A stretch of DNA of 64,000 bases from an uncultured Gammaproteobacteria bacterium (GCA_964507055.1 CAZDOJ010000001.1:721313-785312); one strand, 5' to 3'; positions 10,428 to 20,934 are shown, counted from the first letter of the stretch. Notes: generated by a model from the sequence alone, not told the origin. Translations and numbers: made by a program.

Positions 10428-11396
10428 TCATTTAGCACTTTTTTTATGCCATTCCCACGCAGTCTTTATAATCGTTTCTAAGTCTGAGTACTTTGGATTA
10501 AATCCTAATTTTTCTTTTGCTTTCGTATTGTCTGCATATATTATTGCCGGATCACCAACTCTTCGTGGTCCCTCTTCAATTGGAAAATCTACACCACTTA
10601 CTTTCTTTATCATTTCAAGAACTTCTCTATTTGAATAGCCATTTCCCGTACCCAAATTTATTGAATCACTCTGTTTTGTTTCATCAATTAACTTAAGTGC
10701 ATCAATATGTGCTTGTGCAAGATCCAAGACATGAATGTAATCACGTATACAAGAACCATCTGGAGTATCGTAGTCAGTACCTAAGAGTTTAAAGGCTTTA
10801 TTTTGTCCAAGTGCTGTTTTGATAGCGATTGGGATAATATGAGTTTCAGGATCGTGATCTTCACCAAGCGAACCATCTAATAAGGCTCCGGCTGCATTGA
10901 AATAACGCAAATTAATATATTTGATGTTATGCACTTTTTCATACCAAGATAGGATCGTCTCAAACATAAGTTTGGATTCACCATAAACACTTTCAGGTTT
11001 TTTTGATTCATCTTCTGTGACTGGAAGTGACGAGGGATAGCCATAAATTGAGCAACTTGATGAAAAAATTATATTTGGAATTTTTCTTTCATGCATGAAT
11101 TCCAGAAGATTTAGTCCACCTTGAAGATTGCTTTGGAAATATTTATAGGGATTCTGCATTGATTCTCCCGCAAGAGCATACGCAGCAAAATGGATAACTG
11201 CATCAAAAGTACCAGTTACATTTTCTCTTAGATGATCGAGATCCGTAAGATCTCCAATAATGAGTGGGGCTGTGATTGATTCTTTGTGGCCATAAACGAC
11301 ATTGTCATAGACGACAACTTCATGCCCCTCTTTTAACAATTCCGCAACTGTTACGCTTCCAATATAACCTGTACCACCTGTAACTAATACTCTCAT
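10428..11396 (-). CDS. galE: UDP-glucose 4-epimerase
   Basis: 'MRVLVTGGTGYIGS' NAD-binding, 'YGESKLMFE' YxxxK catalytic dyad, 'DGSCIRDYIHVLDLAQAH', 322 aa. Confidence 0.85.
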   Translation of the reverse strand: MRVLVTGGTGYIGSVTVAELLKEGHEVVVYDNVVYGHKESITAPLIIGDLTDLDHLRENVTGTFDAVIHFAAYALAGESMQNPYKYFQSNLQGGLNLLEFMHERKIPNIIFSSSCSIYGYPSSLPVTEDESKKPESVYGESKLMFETILSWYEKVHNIKYINLRYFNAAGALLDGSLGEDHDPETHIIPIAIKTALGQNKAFKLLGTDYDTPDGSCIRDYIHVLDLAQAHIDALKLIDETKQSDSINLGTGNGYSNREVLEMIKKVSGVDFPIEEGPRRVGDPAIIYADNTKAKEKLGFNPKYSDLETIIKTAWEWHKKSAK

Positions 11397-11465
11397 GTGC
11401 AGATCTTATTGTAGCAGAATTTCATGACTATTCAAATGCTGGGGTATAGAAAGAAATTGAGATAT

Positions 11466-12434
11466 TTATTTGCGAGTGTGCCAATCCCATGCAGTTTTTA
11501 CAATTGTTTCCAAATCAGAATATTTTGGCTTAAAACCTAATTCAGCCTGGATCTTACTAGAATCGGCAATGAGTTGATCAGGATCTCCAGGCCTTTTTTC
11601 TACAATCTCTATAGGGATAGCAATTCCACTCACTTTCTTTACAGTTTCAACAATCTGCTTATTAGAATAGCCACTACCAGTGCCCACATTGTAGAAAGAT
11701 GCCCCTCCTGATTTCCAAAGCTTCTCAAGAGCCAGGATATGTGCTTCACAAAGATCTAAGACATGGATATAATCCCGCACACACGTACCATCTGAAGTAT
11801 TATAGGTATCTCCAAATAATTTGAAACTACGCTTTTCTAAAGCTGCTAATATGACATTCGGAATAATATGCGTTTCAGGTTCATGCCTCTCACCTATACT
11901 TGCATCCAAAGAAGCACCTGAAGCATTAAAATAACGAAGAACAACGAAATTTAAATCATATGTTTTGTGATACCACTGCAATATTTTTTCAACCATAAGC
12001 TTACTTTCTCCATAAGGACTTTCTGGATTTTTGGGATGCTCTTCATCTATTGGCAACTTCGTTGGAGTACCATAGACAGCGGCGGTTGAAGAAAAAATAA
12101 AATTATTTACATTTTTCTTTTTCATTTCTTCAAGGACGTTCATTGCACCATCAATATTATTTTCAAAATATTTATTTGGAACTTGCATGGATTCACCAAC
12201 TGCAATGTAAGCTGCAAAATGGATCACACCGTCAAATGTATTCTCAGAGAAAATTTTGGATACGAAGACTTTATCGAGGAGATCACCTTGATAAAATACT
12301 GCATTAGAGGCTACTGCATCGCTAAAACCCTTTTCGAGACTATCCGCAACCACAACTTCATGTCTTCGGGCGAGAAGAGCTTGAACCATATGACTTCCAA
12401 TATAGCCAGCACCACCAGTTACAAGTATTTTCAT
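11466..12434 (-). CDS. UDP-sugar 4-epimerase (GalE paralog)
   Basis: 'MKILVTGGAGYIGS', 'YGESKLMVE', 'DGTCVRDYIHVLDLCEAH'; tandem paralog of the upstream galE. Confidence 0.8.
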   Translation of the reverse strand: MKILVTGGAGYIGSHMVQALLARRHEVVVADSLEKGFSDAVASNAVFYQGDLLDKVFVSKIFSENTFDGVIHFAAYIAVGESMQVPNKYFENNIDGAMNVLEEMKKKNVNNFIFSSTAAVYGTPTKLPIDEEHPKNPESPYGESKLMVEKILQWYHKTYDLNFVVLRYFNASGASLDASIGERHEPETHIIPNVILAALEKRSFKLFGDTYNTSDGTCVRDYIHVLDLCEAHILALEKLWKSGGASFYNVGTGSGYSNKQIVETVKKVSGIAIPIEIVEKRPGDPDQLIADSSKIQAELGFKPKYSDLETIVKTAWDWHTRK

Positions 12435-12479
12435 AGCATATGTATTCTAGCAAAAATTATATAATCATGATAAAGAATT

Positions 12480-14015
12480 TTAATTTCGCTTTTCTTTCTT
12501 TATTACGAGTGTTTGATCAGGATAGATAGTAGTTTTAAGAGTTTTATATTTTGTATCTGCACCTCTAAAATTAATAAAATCTTCTTTATTTTTTACATCC
12601 TTAGGAATCACAAGATACATTACTTTTGTTTGATCTTTAATAAGACCTGGATCGTAAGGAACATCTTTTCCTGCATGAATACGGAATAAATAAGAATAAT
12701 CATAAGTATAAATTGCATCGTTTGCAGCATATATCGTGTAGTCATTACTGCCAGCATCCTTTCTTATACCCTCCACTACATTCTCTTTTGCAGCCAATGT
12801 ACCAAAATTCTTTGTAAGATCTTTATTTATGTTTGTTATATATTTAAATCCATTATTTGCAATTAATAGAAAGACAACAAACATAATAATAACCTTAATC
12901 CACTTAAGTTTATTGATAATAATTCCCACAGCGAGCAAGAAGATAATTTCGATTCCAATGAAATGATAATCCCACACTGGATTATTTGCAGTAAGATAAA
13001 TAAAGAGAATTCCTGTAGTTATACTCAGAACCAATATTGATAGTTTTAACTCATTCGGTGTTTGTTTACCTCTGTTTTTGATAAAATAGTAAACGAGCCC
13101 TGCTGCAAAAATAAAAGCAAAAATAGACAATGACATTTGGAATAAATCTGCACCTCTCTCAAAAAATCTACTTATTATTTGTTCACGACTAAGGCCTGGA
13201 AGATCTACGACTCCACCGTAACTAAATAACGCATTGAGTAAGGCTTGTGTTTGTTGAAATTGATGTCGTAATTCGAATAGTAAAAAAGGAGAGAATGAAA
13301 CTATTAATCCTAAACCAAAAAGTATGTTCTTCAGCATAAATTCTTTTAGAGAATGTATTTTATTTTTTTCTTTTAAGAATTCATTTATACCTTCATAGAC
13401 CATATAAATAATAATTCCAAGCATCATTCCTATACCAAATGATAAGTGAAAGTTTAGAACCAATCCTGCACTAAAACCACCTGCAAAAAGGATAAACAGA
13501 TTTTTAAAATGAAAACTGCTCGTTCTAATTAACAGTAAATATATTGTTACAAGAAAAAAGAGCGGAGCTAAATGCGGATTCCATAAATTCGTAAAGTAGC
13601 TTGAATAACTCGTTAGAAATAGTAACCACAAAATTGATATGGTACCTAATGTGAATACTTTTCGCATTTTAAAAAGTATAAAAGGAAAAACGAGAAGATA
13701 AGGCAATGTTTCGACAACAAATGTCACGACCTTTGGATCAGGTGAAAATAATTGTCCAACGCTTAAGAACCATATCCAATATGGTCCATAAAACACACCA
13801 GGAATTCCTGAAGTTGGACCGATTAATGTTGGCTTACTAAGATTTGAGAGTCCAGCAAGCATATCACGGGCAGGATCATACCAAAATGAGAAGTTTCCAG
13901 TAAAAACATTTGTCAAAATAATAGTAATGGGTATAAGAGATACCAAAAAGACTAGTGCAAAAAGAATTTTATTATTTCGATACAATAATTTTTGTGGTTT
14001 TAGTTTATTTTTCAT
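12480..14015 (-). CDS. polytopic membrane protein, GT-C-like (paralog of 38461..40047)
   Basis: Multi-TM N-terminal ~400 aa plus C-terminal soluble domain. N-terminal motif 'YDPARDMLAGL...LIGPTSGIPGVFYGPYWIW' shared with 38461..40047. Start set to Met28 to limit overlap with the upstream gene. Confidence 0.45.
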   Translation of the reverse strand: MKNKLKPQKLLYRNNKILFALVFLVSLIPITIILTNVFTGNFSFWYDPARDMLAGLSNLSKPTLIGPTSGIPGVFYGPYWIWFLSVGQLFSPDPKVVTFVVETLPYLLVFPFILFKMRKVFTLGTISILWLLFLTSYSSYFTNLWNPHLAPLFFLVTIYLLLIRTSSFHFKNLFILFAGGFSAGLVLNFHLSFGIGMMLGIIIYMVYEGINEFLKEKNKIHSLKEFMLKNILFGLGLIVSFSPFLLFELRHQFQQTQALLNALFSYGGVVDLPGLSREQIISRFFERGADLFQMSLSIFAFIFAAGLVYYFIKNRGKQTPNELKLSILVLSITTGILFIYLTANNPVWDYHFIGIEIIFLLAVGIIINKLKWIKVIIMFVVFLLIANNGFKYITNINKDLTKNFGTLAAKENVVEGIRKDAGSNDYTIYAANDAIYTYDYSYLFRIHAGKDVPYDPGLIKDQTKVMYLVIPKDVKNKEDFINFRGADTKYKTLKTTIYPDQTLVIKKEKRN

Positions 14016-14880
14016 TCTTTCTTTTCTTATATCGTATATATGCTCGAGGGAATCGCAATGCGGAAAAAAGAGAGAAAACAAATCCTTGGTATCCATCTAA
14101 GATACCTTTATGTCTCAGGTATGTTAAAAGGAACCAGCTTGCTGGCTTGAATAACATATAATTTGTTTGAACCTTAAAGGTGTCGCTATCTTTTTTCTCT
14201 GTTAATTCAGAGCTTATTAGATTTATATAACGACTATTTCGTTGAAGGTAACGTGCAAAATTTGGTGAGTCGATATGATAAAGATCATTTTGTAACCATC
14301 CTACTCTGCCATCAACTTCCATTTGTTCATGAACGTCTTTACAAGGCAAATATGCTTTCCCCTTGCGAATCAAACGAATAACACCATCAGGATAGACTCC
14401 TCCATATCGTAGATACTTCCCCAAAAAATAATTTAATCGTGGGATAAAAAACGCAGAATATTCTCCTGATTTTTTGCCAATCCTCCCATCCCTTTGTTCC
14501 AATAATTCTTGATGTTTTAGAAACAGATTTCTATTTGGTAAATTCTCTTGATATTTTTCAATTTCATGATCGGACATTTCTGTCATTTTGACAATCTCTG
14601 CTGCAAGTGCTGGACTTACTCTTTCATCTGCATCTAATTGAAGTATCCATTCAAACTGTGCCATGTCAATTCCCTTTTGCTTATTTATGTGGAATATTGG
14701 GGGATTATCTGTCACAACAATTTTTGCATTATATTTTTTCGAAATCTCTACAGTTTTATCAGTAGAAGAACCATCAATAATAATAATTTCATCAGCAATT
14801 TCTTTTACAGAGTCTAAACAATCTCCAATATTTTTCTCTTCATTAAATGTTGCTAATACTACTGATAACTTCTTATTCAT
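14005..14880 (-). CDS. glycosyltransferase family 2
   Basis: 'LSVVLATFNEEKNIGDCLDSVKEIADEIIIIDGSSTDKT', 'QLDADE' DxD. Start at Met13 (14880) abuts stop of upstream gene (14873-14875). Confidence 0.75.
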   Translation of the reverse strand: MNKKLSVVLATFNEEKNIGDCLDSVKEIADEIIIIDGSSTDKTVEISKKYNAKIVVTDNPPIFHINKQKGIDMAQFEWILQLDADERVSPALAAEIVKMTEMSDHEIEKYQENLPNRNLFLKHQELLEQRDGRIGKKSGEYSAFFIPRLNYFLGKYLRYGGVYPDGVIRLIRKGKAYLPCKDVHEQMEVDGRVGWLQNDLYHIDSPNFARYLQRNSRYINLISSELTEKKDSDTFKVQTNYMLFKPASWFLLTYLRHKGILDGYQGFVFSLFSALRFPRAYIRYKKRKNEK

Positions 14881-16504
14881 ATTCATAAATTGTTGTTGCT
14901 GGATTACCATCAGCATAGTTAAATTGTTTTACTTTCTTTCCTTTAAATGCTTCCTCACCAAGTGTCACAAAAAGATCGCCAGTCTTAAGCTGATTTCTAC
15001 ATTCTCCAAAATACGAATTACTTATAGCATAACAGTTCTTCGTTATTTGCCTTAATCCGCCTTCCTGTATATATTTATTTGGATCGTATTGGGTATAGAA
15101 GAGATAGAAAATATACGGTTGTTCAAAATTATTGGTAAAGATAATATTGTGGTCTGTATTTGATGTATATTGAATTGCTTCCTTATATCCATACTGCCAA
15201 TCCTTTTGTACTTCTGTATTTGTATGGACAAAGTATTGATGAAGATAGTAAATAACATTAAAGATTAAGAATAATAAAGGTAAAAGAAGAATCATACGTG
15301 TTCGTACATTTTTAAGAGAAGAAAATGCATACCACCAGCCAAATGCTTCAAATATATGCCATGTTGGAAGGAAGATTAAACTTCTTGATGCATTTGGAGC
15401 ATCAGTAGCTAAAGCCGAAGCCCCAGGGGCAAGTAATAACCATACAAATAATATCCAAGCGGTACGGAATTTATATTTTGTAAGATAAAATATTCCTAAT
15501 AAAATAAATGCTATATTTGTAACATACAAGATCCCCATACCAGGCGTATGATGACGAGGATTATCGCCTTTCATGAAAAGCCAAACTGGATTAAAGTGTT
15601 CTAAGTAATTAGTAATATATTGCTGTAGGTAAACAACTCGCCGGTTATGTACTATTGTTCTTATCGGATCGCCATTTACTTGATCATAGTTCATTTGCTG
15701 GAGTGGCTTTTGCAACAATTGGGTTTGACTACCAGTAAATAATACACCCCTTCCACGTGCAGTTGTACGGCTGTCTACCACCCAAAAAATATTACTAAGA
15801 GCAAAGACAACAAGTAAGCTAATTATAAGCACTTTTTTGCTAAAGAAATATTTCCATCCATATAAAATAAGAACAATAAATAAGGCAGGAGCAAATAATT
15901 TGTCACTGTGATACGTATAAGCACTTAATGCAAGTGCAATTGCTCCCATAAACAAGTACTTATTTCTTTTGGCATTCAATCCCTTAATAAAGAGCCAACT
16001 TCCTAAAATAATAAAGAATAAACCTACATTGGCTTCATACGCAACTCTACTAAATTGAATCGACCATGGAGATATTGCAAAGAAAAGCATTGAGAAAAGT
16101 GCAACTGTCTTTGCATATTTCTCTTTTCTAAAAAGTTCAAATGTAAAAAGATATACAAATAGAATAGTAAGTGTGCCGAAAAAGGCTGAGGGCAAACGAG
16201 TGGAAAACTCATTAAATCCAAATAAAGCAATACCCGGGACTGATGCATAAATATATAATGGTTGTTTATAATCTCCAAATGCCTTAAAAGAAAGAGGAAG
16301 TATATTACCGTGTTCATCTTTACCTGTTTGCAAAATGGAGTATGCACTATAACCCCAAGATACTTCATCCCAATTTAAACTATTAGGAATATTTCCTAAC
16401 TGATAAAATCGCAAAAAGCCGCCAATAAATAAGATTATGAGAAATAAAAGTAAAAACAGTTTTCTATTTAGTTTCATAAATCCAGAAAATCTCTTCCTTT
16501 CCAA
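14873..16504 (-). CDS. GT39/GT83-family glycosyltransferase (PMT/ArnT-like, polyprenol-phosphate-sugar dependent)
   Basis: N-terminus 'LRFYQLGNIPNSLNWDEVSWGYSAYSILQTGKDEHGNILPLSFKAFGDYKQPLYIYASVP' with first-loop DE motif typical of PMT_2; 11+ TM helices. Alternative start Met10 at 16477. Confidence 0.7.
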   Translation of the reverse strand: MERKRFSGFMKLNRKLFLLLFLIILFIGGFLRFYQLGNIPNSLNWDEVSWGYSAYSILQTGKDEHGNILPLSFKAFGDYKQPLYIYASVPGIALFGFNEFSTRLPSAFFGTLTILFVYLFTFELFRKEKYAKTVALFSMLFFAISPWSIQFSRVAYEANVGLFFIILGSWLFIKGLNAKRNKYLFMGAIALALSAYTYHSDKLFAPALFIVLILYGWKYFFSKKVLIISLLVVFALSNIFWVVDSRTTARGRGVLFTGSQTQLLQKPLQQMNYDQVNGDPIRTIVHNRRVVYLQQYITNYLEHFNPVWLFMKGDNPRHHTPGMGILYVTNIAFILLGIFYLTKYKFRTAWILFVWLLLAPGASALATDAPNASRSLIFLPTWHIFEAFGWWYAFSSLKNVRTRMILLLPLLFLIFNVIYYLHQYFVHTNTEVQKDWQYGYKEAIQYTSNTDHNIIFTNNFEQPYIFYLFYTQYDPNKYIQEGGLRQITKNCYAISNSYFGECRNQLKTGDLFVTLGEEAFKGKKVKQFNYADGNPATTIYEYE

Positions 16505-18122
16505 TTATAATCTTTTTTAACTTATTTGTATCGATATCTTTACCTTGAAAATCATCAGGGTATCCAATGATAGAGACATTCTTTTCTTTATAAGCATTAC
16601 TAGGAATACTAAATTGAAGCTTATCTAGTTTCTCTACTTGACCGAACCCATACTCATCCACTGCACTGAGCGATGCTTTCTTTTGATATTGTTCAGGTGG
16701 GTACTTAAGATAGAAAAGCATAAAGATGTAAGGCTCACCATTTTTCTGAGTAATATAAAACTTTTTTAAATTAGAGTAATTATCCTTAACATACCCAGAT
16801 AGGTCCGAATATCCACACTGCCAAGCACGTATTGAAGTCGCTCTTTGAGGATAATGATTTAAATAAAAATCCCATGAATAGAAAAGAGCGATGCTCTCGA
16901 GAGCAACTATTGTAATTAAAATTGGGATAAATTTCTTTCTTTTTCTCGCAAACATCAGGATATTGTAGACTCCATATGCAATCACACATATAAGCGGAAT
17001 AAGCAAGAAGAGCGTTCGTGTTAGTGAATCTCCATTCCATGCAAAAGCAGCAGCTAACGGGGAAATTATAATCAAGGCGAGCAGAAAAAATCTCCATCGC
17101 TGACTGTTTTTAAATAGGTAAAATAGACCTATGAAGATGAACATATATTCAATAACTGTCATCGGAGACATAGAGTTATATCCAAAACGGGGATTGCTAT
17201 CTCCATTGGTTGCAAGAAACTGCGGAGAAAAATAAGTAAGCTCATTAGAAATAACATCCCGCGTGCCCACAGTAAATTTGTTATACAGTGAATGTATACC
17301 ACCTTCGTCTCTCAATTCGACTACCTTGAGCTTGAATCCACTGTTGTTAAATAGAAATAGATTTTCAACTCTTGCAGGTTTATATATAACGTCTGCGATT
17401 GCAGACACACTGATAGCTAGTAAGAAAATGCATATAAACAGCATGTTTTTCTTGAGCTTTTTCTTATAAATAAAATAACCAAGAGCATAACAAAAGAAGA
17501 AGAGAGCAAAAAGTCGACTTGATTGATACGAGAAAAGAGCCAAAAAAAGAGTAGCTATAAAAAATATTCCCAGATTCAGTTTTGTATTCTTTAAAAACTT
17601 TATAAAAAAGTATGTTGATAAGGATATAAGGAAAGCAGCAAGGAGTGCTTCATGTGCATGGCGTGCGATAATTCCTTTTCCTAGTGAAACACTCGTTACA
17701 AGAGCCCCTATTACAGCAATCTCATCTTTTTCAAAAAGCTCTTTTATCAAGAGATATATAACCAAAGGAAACAACAAAGCAATAACAATATTTAATGCAC
17801 GGACGCCTGATTCATTTAAGCCAATCGTGGCGACAAAGGGAACCGAAAGGTAAGAATATAAAGGCATTTTATAATCGCCAAACGATTTAAGGCGAACAGG
17901 CAACGTATTCCCATATTCATCAGCACCAGTTTTGAGTAATGAATAGGCATTATACCCAAATGCTGCTTCATCAGCATTCATACAAGGTGGAGTTTCATTA
18001 AACTTAAATAAAGAAAAAAATAAGGAGAAGCAAATCGAAACTATTAATAAGAAAAGGATAGACTTTTTTGAAGATATAAAGTCTATCCTTGAGCCCGGTT
18101 TTTTAGGCGTCTTTTTTTTCAT
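16464..18122 (-). CDS. GT39/GT83-family glycosyltransferase (PMT/ArnT-like), tandem paralog
   Basis: 'KFNETPPCMNADEAAFGYNAYSLLKTGADEYGNTLPVRLKSFGDYKMPLYSYLSVP' is collinear with the preceding gene's N-terminus. Confidence 0.7.
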   Translation of the reverse strand: MKKKTPKKPGSRIDFISSKKSILFLLIVSICFSLFFSLFKFNETPPCMNADEAAFGYNAYSLLKTGADEYGNTLPVRLKSFGDYKMPLYSYLSVPFVATIGLNESGVRALNIVIALLFPLVIYLLIKELFEKDEIAVIGALVTSVSLGKGIIARHAHEALLAAFLISLSTYFFIKFLKNTKLNLGIFFIATLFLALFSYQSSRLFALFFFCYALGYFIYKKKLKKNMLFICIFLLAISVSAIADVIYKPARVENLFLFNNSGFKLKVVELRDEGGIHSLYNKFTVGTRDVISNELTYFSPQFLATNGDSNPRFGYNSMSPMTVIEYMFIFIGLFYLFKNSQRWRFFLLALIIISPLAAAFAWNGDSLTRTLFLLIPLICVIAYGVYNILMFARKRKKFIPILITIVALESIALFYSWDFYLNHYPQRATSIRAWQCGYSDLSGYVKDNYSNLKKFYITQKNGEPYIFMLFYLKYPPEQYQKKASLSAVDEYGFGQVEKLDKLQFSIPSNAYKEKNVSIIGYPDDFQGKDIDTNKLKKIIIGKEEIFWIYETK

Positions 18123-18140
18123 TAATTATTTATATCAATA

Positions 18141-18866
18141 TTAGTTGATAAAGCGATATTTTACTAGCGTCCAAATAGCCTTTATTCCATCTCTAACGGT
18201 ATTTAATTTCTTGCCTTCTTCATAACTTCTTGGATTCGTCGAAATTGGAACTTCTCTAATTTTGTGGCCTTGCTTGAGTAGCTTTGCTGTAATTTCAGGC
18301 TCTAATTCAAATCCCCTAGCATGTAGCGTAATATCTTTTAAAGCATCCTTTGGAAAAAGCTTGTAACAGCATTCCATATCAGTCAACCAATTGCCAAAGA
18401 ATACACTTGTTATTAAACTTAATGTCTTATTACCAACGTAGTGAATGAAAAACCGTGGCGTTCGTTCATCTTTTGCAAAGTCTGGCATTCTATTTAAGCG
18501 CGTCCCATAAATAACTTTTGCCTCGCCCAGAATGACAAGCTCTAAAAGTTTTTTAATATCTTGTGGATCATATTCTAAGTCTGCATCTTGGATAATTATA
18601 TAATTACCTTTCGCACGCTTGATACCAGTTCTTACAGCGGCCCCTTTACCCATATTTCGTTTATGATGAATAATCTTAAAATTAGCTTTTGTACTTTTTA
18701 TCTTTGTTAAAAATTTTGCGGTGTTATCAGTTGAACCATCATTAACAATGATAATTTCTTTACTTACTACAGGAAGTTTTACTGCAAAAACTTTCTTTAT
18801 TACTTGGGTTATTGTTTTTTCTTCATTGTAGACAGGAACAATAATAGATAGTTTTATTGAATTCAT
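18141..18866 (-). CDS. GT2 polyprenol-phosphate mannose/glucose synthase-like (Ppm1/DPM1-like)
   Basis: 'LSIIVPVYNEEKTITQVIKKV', 'IIIVNDGSTDNT', 'IIIQDADLEYDPQDI' (DAD motif of Dpm1 family). Confidence 0.75.
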   Translation of the reverse strand: MNSIKLSIIVPVYNEEKTITQVIKKVFAVKLPVVSKEIIIVNDGSTDNTAKFLTKIKSTKANFKIIHHKRNMGKGAAVRTGIKRAKGNYIIIQDADLEYDPQDIKKLLELVILGEAKVIYGTRLNRMPDFAKDERTPRFFIHYVGNKTLSLITSVFFGNWLTDMECCYKLFPKDALKDITLHARGFELEPEITAKLLKQGHKIREVPISTNPRSYEEGKKLNTVRDGIKAIWTLVKYRFIN

Positions 18867-18873
18867 TGAAATA

Positions 18874-20886
18874 TCAGTCTTTTATCTCAAGTATTATAAC
18901 ATTTCTGTTTTCAAATCTTTTTACAAAATACTTGGAATTAAACTTAAAGGGTAGTTTTTGATCCTGAACCTTTTGTAAATAAAGATATTTAATATTTTTA
19001 GCTTTTGCGTTTTTAGCAAACGACTCAACATTTTTTGTTGCAAATAATTCAGAAAGAGCATATTCTAATTTTTTAATATTTTGGCCATGTGACTCTATCA
19101 TAGTAATACCAGAAATATAAGAATTTCTATCGGAAAAATATGCGACATATGTTGTGCTATGATCATGTGCATTTCTAGGATGAGATTGTACAAGAGCATC
19201 CCTTGAACTATGCAGACGAAGATAAGTAAGTGCCTCAATCTCTTCAGCAGGGATAATTGCTCCAGTATTTGTGATAATAACTGATGCTGCTGTTGCAGTT
19301 TCATAAAATGCCCTGGGAACAGTTAGGACAATCACAACAATAACTACTATGGTCGCCCATATTTTTTTCTTACGCATAAGCGTATATATTAAATACGCAG
19401 TGAAAAGAGCCATAACAGTAGTTGAGACAACAAAAAAATTAAATACATTAAAGCTCCCTGCTTTCTGCAGTGTTAAGAGGCCAAGGAGTTGGAAAAGAAG
19501 TATCCCAGGCAAAAAGAATAACATATGTTGCCATCCAAGCAGCTTGAATAAATCTTTATGGGGGATAATTCCCAGTAAACGAGTTCCATGGATACAGATC
19601 AAACCCACCAACGCTGCAAAGATATTATAGATAATTATATTTCTAGTATTGTCTGCTGCCTCATAAACTTGCATTCGGAGCCACCATTCTTGCATGTTTA
19701 AATTTTGATATCCCAAAAAGACTTTAGGCCATTCTAAGGGATAATATGCTAAACCACCGGAACTTGCGTTGGGAGGGAAATAAACTATCGATGCAATTGT
19801 TCCAAATAATATGAGTAAAAGAATAGTTCTATACTCCTTTACGAAAAGCTTTTTACAACTTTTGCCAAATGAATATTTTCTTACTAAATGAATAAGTGAC
19901 ACGATTATCCGTCCACAAACAATTAAGGCAAAACCAAGAGCTGTAAATATCCCGAAATAAACTTTAAACCCAACTAATGGAGCAAAGAAAAGTACCGAAA
20001 GGAATCCCCACTTATTTTGGTTTGATTGAATCCAATTATATAAAGGAATCAAGCCACTTATAAATATCATTTTTGCCGCAGCATGTGGCATGTTATAAAA
20101 TTGCGTTATTCCATTATCAATTGCTGGTGTATAAAATCCAAACTTATGCTGTAAAATGAGCATGAAAATATATGCTGCATCTCCACCAAAGTAGAGAAAA
20201 AATAGTGCACATGCACTTGCCATTTTGGATTTTGTCCATAGACGCATTAACAAAAAGGTTGCCATACTGGTTATAACCGCTAAAAATAAGGGGATAAAAT
20301 GAAAGAAAATATGATGGGCAGGAATGAACCAAACTCTGGAGAGCTCAGCAATATTAAGATCCATCCAATAATGATAATTTATAAGTTCTAAGGTAGCAGC
20401 TCCTGGTTCCCTTGGTGGGAAGGTAGTCATCATTTCTTGTATATAAGCCATATGCATTAAACCATCCACGCTATTGGGCCCCAGAAAGCGCATACCTTCA
20501 CTAGTCATCCACCCTGAGCCAAGCATAACGAGTGATTGAAGAATTACCCCAACAAAAATAAATACACTAATAGATTTGTTTTGTCGTATTCTTCCAGTAA
20601 CATAAATAAATATTTTTTTAAGTTCATTTCTATGTGGAATTGCGAGAATGGCTACGAGTAGTAGAAAAATGTAACTTACCCAGCGAAGCTGTAAATATCC
20701 TAAAATATATGCTTGCAATGTCCATAAAATATACCCCAAACATAGGGCAAGAACAAAGTTTGTGATACTCATTTTAGAGTCTATTTTCCGTATGAGCAGG
20801 AAACCTGGAAGATAAAACGAAATAAATACAGCAACGAAGAAGCCTATGAGTGATAACCAAAATTGATAATCAAGAATCGAATACAT
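18874..20886 (-). CDS. polytopic membrane protein (GT-C-like, unknown)
   Basis: 670 aa, >12 predicted TM helices, soluble C-terminal ~130 aa. Confidence 0.4.
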   Translation of the reverse strand: MYSILDYQFWLSLIGFFVAVFISFYLPGFLLIRKIDSKMSITNFVLALCLGYILWTLQAYILGYLQLRWVSYIFLLLVAILAIPHRNELKKIFIYVTGRIRQNKSISVFIFVGVILQSLVMLGSGWMTSEGMRFLGPNSVDGLMHMAYIQEMMTTFPPREPGAATLELINYHYWMDLNIAELSRVWFIPAHHIFFHFIPLFLAVITSMATFLLMRLWTKSKMASACALFFLYFGGDAAYIFMLILQHKFGFYTPAIDNGITQFYNMPHAAAKMIFISGLIPLYNWIQSNQNKWGFLSVLFFAPLVGFKVYFGIFTALGFALIVCGRIIVSLIHLVRKYSFGKSCKKLFVKEYRTILLLILFGTIASIVYFPPNASSGGLAYYPLEWPKVFLGYQNLNMQEWWLRMQVYEAADNTRNIIIYNIFAALVGLICIHGTRLLGIIPHKDLFKLLGWQHMLFFLPGILLFQLLGLLTLQKAGSFNVFNFFVVSTTVMALFTAYLIYTLMRKKKIWATIVVIVVIVLTVPRAFYETATAASVIITNTGAIIPAEEIEALTYLRLHSSRDALVQSHPRNAHDHSTTYVAYFSDRNSYISGITMIESHGQNIKKLEYALSELFATKNVESFAKNAKAKNIKYLYLQKVQDQKLPFKFNSKYFVKRFENRNVIILEIKD

Positions 20887-20934
20887 CAGTTATTAAAGTA
20901 TATCAAGCTTTTCTTAGCAAGAATATATGTAAAG

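Noticed and set aside
12480-14916. 92-bp and 44-bp overlaps (12480..14096 versus 14005..14916; 14005..14916 versus 14873..16504) as possible gene fusions or frameshifts
   Set aside because: Internal Met codons at 14015 and 14880 give compact, non-disruptive starts, and both proteins retain complete domain signatures.
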